This document shows, piece after piece, positions 28,101 to 40,100 of a DNA stretch of 64,000 nucleotides (position 1 is the first letter of the stretch; the number at the start of each line of letters is the position of its first letter). The DNA lies in assembly GCA_976226885.1 (NCBI GenBank), contig OZ320314.1, positions 48,918,001 through 48,982,000 on the forward strand. The letters run 5' to 3'. Position numbers and translations under genes: made by a program. This DNA is from Iphione sp. A-MEVVRFRX5 (lineage: Eukaryota). The notes beneath the pieces are model-generated. The model was not told the origin of the DNA. It did no database searches and saw nothing but the letters and a program-made list of their open reading frames with translations.

Positions 28101-31100
28101 TCATGCGACTGAAAACATGGAGTGCCGACGGATCATGGGACAAGTAGTTGACCTGCTCTGCGGCGAATTGTTGCGCAGCTTCCTCCTTCACTTCCTGCCG
28201 TTTCTGAAAGTTTCAAAACGTGGCTTGTGTTAGGGCTGGGGTGAAGCTGTTTAGCGAAGGAGAACGTTTCAGTGCAGCGAGCTTCTTAACTTACCTTCGA
28301 TAACTGAAGCGTTGCACATCGAACCATGCTAAGATCTTGCTAAGCAAGCAGAGTTTCTACAGAACAGAATAGTTCTACCGATGATGCGTAGTCACAACCG
28401 ACCAATTACAACAGTTAAGAATAACCCGCTCAAGTTGTAACTTGATAGGGTCGGAACTGTATTGTTTTGGAAGGGCACTGGAAACTCAAAATGGTGGATT
28501 GGGTCATGCAGCTTACAAGAAGCCAAACAATTACCAATGGATTAAAATGCCATAAGTACAAACGTTTCAAACCTGGACACGATTAACACTGACAAGTATC
28601 GAGCGTCTATTTTTTTTTATGACAGAGAAGAACAGCCGTATTCAAGTGACAACAGTGGTTCTCTCGTCATTTTGGATGTAACACGCCGAAGCGTGCAATA
28701 CTGGTTTTTAAAAGGGTTTTTGGTTAGATTTCTTTTCTGTTCTAGGACCTGCGGAAGTCGCATTATGCAGCCACATTTTTTGTTGTGAAAATGAAGGGTA
28801 GGCAGTCGCCATGCTACACGCTAAAGAAGATAGTGAAGCCAAAGCCAGGCCTTTGGGAGATCGATAATTTCATCGATCTAAGCCGACAAATAAAAGCAAT
28901 ATCACCTGTTGAGCAAACCATGTTAGTCTGCCAAACAATAAAAATAGGGCGAAAACAGCAACTTGCAAATATATATTAAATCCCTTTTTTAGTTCGTATA
29001 GCGTTCTTACTTAAAGGTAGAAGTACTGAATAGTTGAATAGTCCAGTTTTCGTGTTCACGATTAAAATGTACATGTTATAGCGTATTAGGTCGCATTTTT
29101 AAGCGAACTCCATTATCAAGTACGTGACATCAATGATACACGTGAATGACTTCGCATGGTACCCAGCTTGCCGTCATGTAAATCGAATATACGCTCAATG
29201 CAACTGTTTTTTTCTCAAATAACTGATAAACTACAACAGAACGTTTCCTTGGTCGACTATCAAAAGGCTGTTTGTTGGAGCGGTTTTTTTTGGGGGGTGG
29301 GGATTCGTCTCAAAATATAGCGTATGAAGAAGAACCCTCAAAGGTCATTCTACAGAACAAGACAGACGCCGGAGAATATCGTCTACCTATGAGGTGTGGA
29401 CAGAGGGGTTGGCAAGGGTGAGGAAGGAGTGATTTTAAAAGGGCTACCACACACGTAAATTCACCTTGTCTGTTTGAATCCTGAGCAGAGGTAAGTGTCT
29501 GTCCCACAAAGGTCTATTCTGGCTATTTGCAAAAAATTAATTGTTGAGAAAAGTCAGGGTTTACCTTGCGGCCTGTTTCTCTGTTACTGATTATGATACA
29601 CCTGAATTGGGGTGATAGAAGGAAAGCAATAAAGAGATTCCAAACTAACTACATGTAAAAACTACCCGAAGGATGGTAATAGGTTCCAGCCATGTGGTTT
29701 CCACCACTGGCTCCCTGGTGAACACTAATAGTGGTCGCCTTGACGGTGAAGCGGAGACTCACTGGGACGAGAGTTCGTATTACCTTATCTTCTTCAACCT
29801 CGGCCTCTTCTTCTGCAGCAGTCAGTTCCTGTGCACTGGCCAAGTTGTCGACAGCGATGGCCAAGAAGACATTCAGCAGTGTGTCTGGAGAGGGCTAGTC
29901 AAGGTAACTTTCATTGCAAAGAGAACGGTTAACGAGCTATGAATTTTGGAATTCACTACGACATTCTGTATGTGAGGAGCTTCCCTTAGCAAATTGCTCA
30001 TCACTGCTAGGGAAGAGAGCTTACATTTCACGAGGTCCAGACACAATGAAATGTGGATGGTTCACGCCATAATCACAATTACGCCATTACAGTGTCATAT
30101 TATAATCAGCTCATGGCACAACGAATTCGTGCTCTGACCACCTCGTGCCAACTTTACACCTGAGGATGTCTCCTATGTCACTTCGAGGTTTCTGACTCAA
30201 TTTTCTTCTAATGGAGTATCGGAGCTATGTTGGTTCTTATGAACTGTTCATAAATGAAAATCCACAAGGAAAAATACGGCGACATTAATATTTCAATCTG
30301 CGACGGTTCAAAATGGATCTGGCGTAAGTTAGCAATGGTAGTCATGATGGTGTACTTTGTCTTGTTCCCATCCATAACACTTCAATAGGAGGTCGGTAAC
30401 CGAAGTTGTTACAGTGCTACTCCCATTGATACACTTGGATGAGCCAATGGACAAAAGAATTCTTATGGAGTTAAATCATAGTCTGATGTGTCTGTCAAGG
30501 ATACAGTTTCCAAAAAGCACCAAGATGATGAAATAAAAGCAGTAGATCATGCCTCCGCCGTCAATGCCACCACGCGATTGGATTCCATTATACATCACCT
30601 CATTCCAGTCCTCTCCTGTGAGGATCTGCAATAATACACGATACATACAGTCGACACACTCTTAAAGACCAAGATGCAGAGGAGATCAATCAGGGGGAGT
30701 GACTGAAATCCTCAAGTCTTAAACTGTTCACGTTACTAATGAACTCACAGGGGAGGCCAATCTTGGGGCGAGACCAAAATCCTGGAGTCTCCAGGTTGTT
30801 CTTCTACCTGAATTCCCACTGTTCACAGTAGAACCCTAGTATTGGGGCATTCGAGCTTTAAAGCCCCCCCCCCCCTTTGATAAGGATGGAATTCCTGGAA
30901 CCGAGCCATTTAGCTGTAATTTATGTATCTCTCAAAACCGAGGACAGCCCCTAAATGGAGACAGTTTCACCAAGAAAAAGGGCGTCCAGCTGAGCGAGGT
31001 TTTAGTTTATGTCCATAAATGGTTAACTATTTTTGAGTGAACATTTTTTTTTATTTTCACTGAAATATTGCCGCGTTAGATCAGTTGATCTATTTCTGGG

Positions 31101-34100
31101 CAATCAGGTCTCATTTCTTATCGCTTTTGTGATATTTCCTTGCTTACTTCGAACAGTTTCTATTACAACTGGCTTACATGTTCTTCATGTAATGTATCAC
31201 ATATTTACAATTCTCTTACGATGAAGGCTACTGTTGTTTATTACCTTGTTACATCATTTCTGTACCAATCCAAGCTTTAATTATTGACATTTACCTGTAA
31301 CAAAAGCAATAGCTTCCTTGCAATGTGTCCTATTGTGGTACGTATCCTTTGCAATTTCCTATGAAGACTGGCGTTTCATATGTTTTTGGATAGAGAATTC
31401 ATCAAAAAGACTTAGATATGAACTGTGATGGTCGATATATTTAAACCTACCTGGAAAACTGTGAGCAAGGCTATGGTGAATGTATCAAAGTTACTGAATG
31501 GGCGTCCTTCGGGGAAATTCCACCTAGAAAGAAGGTCAGTAGAATTAGTGACTGGAAAGAAAAGTTGACCTGCCTAGAACAAACAAAAGAAAGAAAGTTC
31601 ACTTAAGGATACCGACTTAGGACTAAACATTAAGTGCCTATTTATGGCACCAAGAATACCGGGCACCTGAAGCGAATTCACCATGCAATTTTACGATGCC
31701 AGCCTTGAAGAGCATTCATGGCAAATTAAATGAACTTAACAGTATCCATACGTTTACACAGGAAAAGGCATCAAAACAGATATTCATTACGAATATCTGT
31801 CACATGACAACTGCTCCTTAGATAGATATAATAGATAAGCTAAGGAAGTAAATACATGTATATATTATATATGTACTTTATTTTGATGATCATATTTTCA
31901 TATTTGTTACCGGGAGCTTGTTTACAGTTTGCATTTACTCTCATATAAAAGAACAAAAAATCTCTATAAACTTAGTCAAACGAACAAACAAGAAAATCGG
32001 CAGATATAATGAAGTTTGTCCATAATGCTCATGCAAGGATAAAGAGTATGAATTTAAACGAAATGTTTTTTTTTTTCTGTAAAAGGTCCTCTTTTAAGAC
32101 TGACACTATATCCTTCTGACGCCGCAGTGTCTAAGTATATCTAGGCCTCATTACTGAATACCAAATCTTACTCTGTTGACAATTGGATACTATTTGTTAT
32201 GTCTTTGGTAAATACATGTGTTTTGTATCGTCTATCATTTTTGTCATTTGCAAATGTACATGAATGCAGTTTAGATACATATGTCATTCATGAGTTGATA
32301 TTGTGGCCTTTCATAACTCATCACTATAATATAATATATAAATATGTAAATACTTTCTAACAGAAAGTATTTGAAAGCAACCCAATGGCAGAAGCTTTTG
32401 CATGCAATTGGGAGCCCTTTCCATTTAGAAAGGACACTAAGATTTGTTTTTTTTTATGATTTATCACCCCTTACAAAATCCCAGTACTACCAGACTCATT
32501 CGAGTTTGTAATAAAGGACTGTAGATTTGATGCGTACGAAAGCGCAGAGAAGTTGTTTACTTTTGAAAATTTAAGTACATTAAGCCCTGGTTTAATTACC
32601 GCCCTGATTTCGAAAAGCAAACGGGGACAGACTTTGGTACAAGTCAAGTCCGCAACGGGAATAACGGGTAGCTTGTGGCTGCCACAGTTTGAAGATAGTG
32701 TAGGTAGTTATGTAAAGATACATAGTTTTTGCAGGCACACAACAGCCATACTGGCTCAGTGAAAAGGTGTATGCATACAGCACCAAAATGTCGTTAGATT
32801 CTGACCATGAAAAACAAAGGACACGATGAGCATTGAGCACAACGCACACAATATAAAATGTCTGAAAAATCATCATCACAGCGCACTGTTTGAATGATGA
32901 TATTTTTTCTCATTGTCTTCAGGCTCCAAATGAATCTGATCAGATGACAGCGTGGAGGATGTCTGATAGATATTAAGCAGTATGATCTGGACAGGTGCGT
33001 AATTGTGTAGGCTCCCTTCGAGGGATTGGACACTCTTAAGACGTGTATATATGTATCAGGAGACACAACTGGCTTGATCAACCTACCACATCTCCTGGGG
33101 AAAGGTCCTGAAATTAACCATTGCTGTACTAATTACTATCATTTATATTTTCATGTTTTCCAACTGTTCTTTCCTAATGTGATGATGATTAGGGTGCAAT
33201 GCGCCGTTTAGATATATTGTGTTCTGGTGTGCTTGATAAAAAGTAATTTTATTATTCATAAAAATAAGATACATGTATTGTGATATTGTTTGTGAATCAA
33301 AATCTCAATTTAAAGTGCTTTCACCGTAGGTGAGGGCCTATAAAAATCGCCAGTACATTTAATTTTCAGGCTAGTGCACAGTCTGCAAAAAGGCCCTAAA
33401 GGACAATAAACATAACATTTTACCAAAACATTTATCTTAATTGGTATTTATTTGATGGTCGAACTCAAATTCCCTGAAAAAGTATCTGACGAAAAGACAG
33501 AATTTTACTTACTCTCCACCGAAGAGTTGCATGCCTAACAGTGCGAATATTAGTATGAACAAGAAGAGGAGGAACAGCAAGCTGACGATGGAACGCATAC
33601 TGTTGAGCAGAGATACCACCAGATTCCGTAGAGAAGCCCAATACCTGATGGAACAATGCAGTTTTCGATTAGTGTATGTCCAGTTGAATAGGCAAGTTGC
33701 ACAAAAAATTCCCTCGGCTCATTACTTGTATCTTGATATAATTATATAAATACAAAAACTAATGGAATGGACCAATTACTATGTATGTATTATGTAAGAT
33801 TTACTAGGTAGTGAATGCTTTCGTCTTATTAGACAAATTATGGAAATTTCAACCATAAAATGCGTATAGAGAGTATACGATTGCAGATAACTATTATGTA
33901 CATACCCGTATTTTAATGGCGCAAACTAAAGGATACCCACAATTATAGAGAGTATAAAAAACCTTTGCAACAAGAAATGTTTGAACATATACCACTGTCC
34001 AATAAAGGAGAAGTAAGGGCATTTATTGCGAAGAAAAAAGTCATGTCTTAATGTAAGAGTAGCAGACATCAGAGACATGCAATAGATACATAAAACGGTA

Positions 34101-37100
34101 CACGGGTCTATTCTTTTGTTAATCAAACTAATCTACTGAACACGACTAACCCAAAATATGTCTTTCGCATATTGTAAAATAGCCGGCAAGTTTTATTCAT
34201 AGCGCTAATACCATCACCCTTGTTACGCGAATTCTGCTATTTACAGGAAGAGGGGGGCACATTTTGGCGTTGATTTTCTTTTAAAAAAACTTTTGATACA
34301 CTTCCCTTCATCTGCCATTTCCTCTACTTGCCTTGTTATCTTAAAGATCCGAAGTAGGCGTAGCGACCTGAGTACTCCTATGCCGAGAGAGGAGCCAGGG
34401 ATTAAGAACGTCGTCACTACCAACTCACATGCACTTCCGACAATCACCTGCCATGTTCGTGGGGAGGCATAATAAGACGCCAGATAAAAAAAACAAGGCT
34501 CAACGTCCTGTTGGTGAGAGCTTGGGTGAACACCTGCTGAACTGCGCAGGGCCCACGTGCGATTTTCTGGGTCATTGGTTAGGGTTAGTCGGTCCGGGGC
34601 AAAAAATCCATTCCAGGAATGCTATTATATTCACCCTGACAGTCCATCCCCTCCACCAGGTTGGTCTATATCGTTCTCAGGACTTACCTGCCTTTGTTTT
34701 TCACGTTAGTCGTATACATCAAAGGGTTGCCGTGGCAGATGCCGACCTGAGAGGCCCATCATATGTCTTGATATGATCTTTTTTCCCTAATCAGTAATCT
34801 ATCCCTCAGAAGTCCCTAACAACCTTAACAAAATTACTTGGCTTGTTCACGAGAGAGAAAGCCGTTTACACACCATAGTTGTAAACAGAGAGGGCCATGG
34901 AGACGGTTTGTGCCGTAGAAAGTATTAGTATCATAAGCAAGAAAAGATTTACAGCTGGGAAGGCTGACTACATGCTAAGAAAACCCACCACAGAGTGATA
35001 AGTAGTACACAAGATTAAGTACCTAGTTGTCGATTCCACAACCGAAAATTAGTTATTTCTTGTGATTAGGTAACCTTATCCGACATGCACAGGGGGCAAC
35101 CCTCTAGATAAACCACGTGATGTTATGTGATGTTATTTGTTTGAGTCTGCATTCAGCTACACCTCACCTGGTGACTTTGAATATCCTCAGGAGTCGAAGA
35201 GACCGCAGGACACTGAGGCCAAACGAGTCATGCGGTATAAAGACCTGATAGATCACTTCAAACAGGCTTGCCACTATAACCTGTCATAGATACACACATA
35301 GACACGACAACCGTCAGTTGGGCTGCACCCAAGGCAAAGCTAGAAAACTGGTGGTAATCGCCATCTAACCTACAAGCCACCACCACCATCCTCGTCAGAT
35401 CGAATATGTGGTATTATAGCCCTTCCGCCGCGGAGTGACAGATAATACAGCGCTTTGCCTAGCACACCAGGATAGTGAGGATGCTCAGAGATTAGTGTGT
35501 GCCGATTTACTAAGGAAGACCGTGCGGAGCAGAAAAGCTGCACAAATGGACGGACAGAGAGACACACAAGAATTCACGCATTAGAGCGTAGTGGGTTTTA
35601 TATTGAAACACAGGAACAAAGAGACGTAAGACTGCACAGGATAGCATCACAAACACAGACCTAGTCTATTTAAAAAAGGTCAGCTATGTGGCGGCAGAGA
35701 GAGAGAGAGAGAGAGCGAGAATAAGAGAAAAGGACTTAGCCATCGGGCACTGACTTACCTGGTCACCTTGAAGATGCGAAGTAAACGCAGGGCTCGCAAC
35801 ACACTAACACCGAATGAGGAGTCTACCTTAAACTCTGACCAGATCACCTCAAAGATGCTGCCCACTATGACCTATAGTACGACACCACGACCAAGGGGGA
35901 AGGCTCATTACAGAGTTATTAACCACCACCAATAGGATTTTGTAAAAAAAAAACAAATGTGACACAAAGCAAAAACACTATGCATATGTCGAAGGAATAT
36001 TTATAAACCTCAATTTCCACACACGTGTGTACCTTTGTTTCTTGGCCATGTAGGGACCAACCAATTCTGCCCTTAGTGAAGGATTCCCTAATTAAAGGGG
36101 TTGTTTTTCTTACATATTGTATAGTCCTGGGACCCAAAAAGTTACTCTGAATTCTGGGCGGCCGTTCTAGTGTGAGTTGCTACTGTATCCAATATATGTA
36201 ATATGGAAAAATTCAGACAAGAAAATATATCTTTACTATTTCTTTTTAGTTGCTAATGAATCAGAGCATACTTCAAATTCAGACTGGCTTATATTTCTTA
36301 AATATATGTATGGTTTTTGCATTGTGTCACTCGGAAAATGATGAAACAGTAATAAAATGTGTAAATTTATGCGTCAAGCAAGGAGGGAAAAAGTGTTAAT
36401 TCCTTACGATAACACAAAATGTGAAACAGGTTATTGACTATTGAATTATACTCCAGGGATTCTGACCCAAAGTATATTCACAATTGTTATATGTTAGGTG
36501 AAATATTATTGAAGTTGTCGTTAATGTTGTGTATACAACAAATATTCTTAATATATCTAAAGGTGTGTAGTTCCAGCGGCTTGGCAGTGTAACTCAATAA
36601 TATAGCGATTATATCAGCATTTCTAATGTAATTGATCGACAACCAGCAAATAAATAACGTGATATTCAATAATTAACCATTACATTGATTATTGCAATTT
36701 ACTTATCCGGGAAAATACTTACGACACAGTCAAATATGTTGAATGAAGATTGGAAGTACATGTGAACTCCTAATCCATACATCTTTAAAACTACTTCGAA
36801 TATAAATAGGGCCAAAAATACAAATTCTGCATAGTCTGCAAAAAAGAAGCATAATTGTGACATTTAAATCAGCTTTATGTTCTGTCCCATTAGTTGTTCC
36901 ATTAAGTATGATGTCATCTCAAGAGGTACAGGAATACCACTGACCTGAATAATAGGGAAGAAACTTTCTCACTGTGGAAACCTTTCAGGTTATTTGAACG
37001 TCGCTAGTTCGGATAAAATGTTATCATTATTCTCCTTACTGTTATCCATTACGACGTATTATCAGGTTGTATTTATTGACTAGCGATTAAAACATTCCGA

Positions 37101-40100
37101 CACTGAAGCCAGAGAAACTGACGTTCGGCAACATTTTATACTGATTTGGGATAAAATCGCTGACTAAAGCTTTGTTTGTTGGCCTGTAGTATAAACTTAC
37201 ATAAAAAATCCGTCAGCCAGAGAGGCTGGCCGTAATGCTCTACAGCGACACACGCGGTGTTGAGGAATACGAGAACAATGACACACCAGTAAAATGTTTG
37301 ACATTTTACTAGTCTTCGCACGGCGAACCTGGATGGACACACACAAGGAAGTAAAAAAGACAAATCTTCATATTGCGTCAAACATTCCCTCGTTAGAGGT
37401 TCTTATATAGTAAGATTATAAAAAGGAAGACTCTTAGGGAACGTTACGTTCACTCGGAGTAGCAATGATCTGTAGAAAAGATTTGGCCTTCCGTTCAAGG
37501 TTTTTGCACTCTGGTATACTCAGCTGAAGCTTTGCGAACGGTCCGAAGACTACACCTCCTTTCAATAAAAGGGGCTGCTTTGTGCCTTACTGCATGTAAT
37601 TTTGCCTTGACTGTAATTTTGGATGGAAAAATGTGCCACCGGCAGATGTATCCATAGGGTTACAGTTTAATTTTCGGACTTGCTCGGGGCGGTTTTAATC
37701 GAATATCTTTCAGAATGATAAGTTTTCATTGTCCTCCTTCCATGTTTGTTTACCTGGCGTATAAGACCCAAATGGCTAGCTGTATCATGTATTACATCTT
37801 ATGTATCTTTTGTAAAATGGAGGTTACAATCCTGTGAAATGTTCCGGAAACGAATGAAAGTAATATAATACAACTTAATGAAATGAACTATTTCGTGGTT
37901 TAAAACGCATTCATTATTTGAAGATTATACGTATCTATGAATTAGAAAAAAGATTATCTATGATCCTTAATATAAAGTAAGCCAAATACTACAAAAAACA
38001 CGCAATGCAATTATCTGAATAATTTCATTCCTAATTTTTCCTGAAAAAGTGCCTTAGATGAAAAAGAAATCTTGGGAAAATAATTTCTATGACTAAGTTC
38101 TAGTTTATATTCAAGGGGATCTATGGTGAAATGCATACATCTGCACTTATTAAAGAGTTAATCTTAAACTAAATTGAACTAGTTTTAACTATGCACTTAT
38201 ACAAACGTTTTTAACAACTCAGGAAAAGTGATATTCGATTTGTCTAGAGAAATTTTCAGGATTGATGACACTAAACTTGCGTGGCTAAAACAAATGTCAT
38301 TTCTTTTCTATGCGAAACTAAAAATTAACCTCGAATAGTAGTTACATGTTTACTGAGAGAGTGATAACTTAACATCTATATAGTTTTAACTATTCTCACA
38401 TCCACGTCGGACAAGGGCAGACTAAGGCCATAGAACAGAAAGTATGGATGGTAAGGAATATTTAAGCGTAGCTGTTGAGCCGGAGACTATGCCTATAGAG
38501 ATTGAAAAAGCATGGTGCATCCTTGAAATTGAAGATGCTATTAAAACATCGAAAGCACTGGAAAATGAAACTGTGCGCATGTAACTGTTGTGCCCAGAGG
38601 AGTCCAAGCTACAAAAGTGAGTAACGAGTAATCTATTGGTCTATGAGTACATCTGGGATGCTTCTTATAATAAGGTGCGGCCCAAGGAGGGAAAACACGA
38701 TTATTTCTTGCAAAAGAAAAGCCCCTAATAACTATTCTGTGGAAAGAAGAATATATGGAGCAGTGCAAAAACTAAAAAGGAACGAGTTCTGAAACTGTCG
38801 TATGAAATAAGATGATGAACTTAAAGACAAGGCATCAAAGAGAATCCATATTTCAGAACAATTCAGGACTGGTCTCCAAAGACTGCCAGGTGGTTTCTTA
38901 TTTCGGTAAGAGAAAATAGATAGGCAGCTCAGCAGCAAAAGGAAAGAGTAAGCATGATACAGGTTCGCCTGTCTGGAGAGTCCTTGGTGGTGGAGAATAG
39001 GAAAGTGAGGCAAACCTAGAGTACCTAAACCGCTTCTCTGCTCGCCAGCACCCTGCACATTTGCTGTTGGCTTTCTTTTTGGCGCCGAAGCCATTTCTGG
39101 CAAACGGACTCCCTGCCAAGCCAGCTGGAAAGACAAAGATGTCATCTGAATCAACATTCGCACATGAAAAAATAATAGTGGAAGAAGCTGCGTGTCATAC
39201 AGAATTAGAACGAGGCCATAGTCTGACGGTTGATAGCACTGTATAAATATTTTTAGTTTTAACAAGTTCATGTTTCGAGACAGACTGGCGTCCTTTCTAG
39301 TGGCTTCATGAACCTACACCTTTAGATATCAATTTTATTTTCCTGTAAACACCAATGAAGTTCTTGAAAAATATCAGAAGCATATTAACATAGTAATCCA
39401 TTCATTTCTGTTAACACATATAGGCAATTTTTAAAAAATACGAAGATATGAAAACACTTAGTGTTTGCTTTAAACATTTTGTCATATATTTTTCTTTCAT
39501 ATGTTCGTATTTTTTAAAAATTGCCTATAGGCCTATGTGTTAACAGAAATGAATGGATTACTATGTTAATATGCTTCTGATATTTTTCAAGAACTTCATT
39601 AGTGTTTGCAGGAAAATAAAATTGATATCTAAAGGTGTAGGTTCATGAAGCCACTAGAAAGGACGCCAGTCTGTCTCGAAACATGAACTTGTTAAAACTA
39701 AAAATATTTATACAGTGCTATCAACCGTCAGACTATGGCCTCCCATACACTGACGTCCGTTGTGATTTTATACAATGGTGTATTTTATTTCGCACCGTTT
39801 GCCTGAAAAACTATAATTAAGAACTGACTACATTCCTTAATGATTTTACTATAGTTCACATTTAGAGCAAAGGGAAATTTTGAGTACGGAAGCTGTAAAG
39901 TCTTACCAATTTCTGCAAAAAGATCTTCATTGTCATCTTCATTCTCAAGTTCGTCGGTATCTTTGCTCCCTTGCTGTTTCATTTGTTTCATTTTCCTAGA
40001 AGCTGCCCTTCGACGAGCTGTGTAGAGTAAAAATAAGTAACGACATTTTTAATTGAAAAAGGCACCATGCGGGGCTGCTGACGACAATAAGAAACAAAAC

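Noticed and set aside
34310-34741. 9-nt complementarity (tggcagatg / catctgcca) as a possible docking-selector pair for the IIS3-S4 array
   Set aside because: Too short to distinguish from chance, and I found no equivalent selector beside the other copies.
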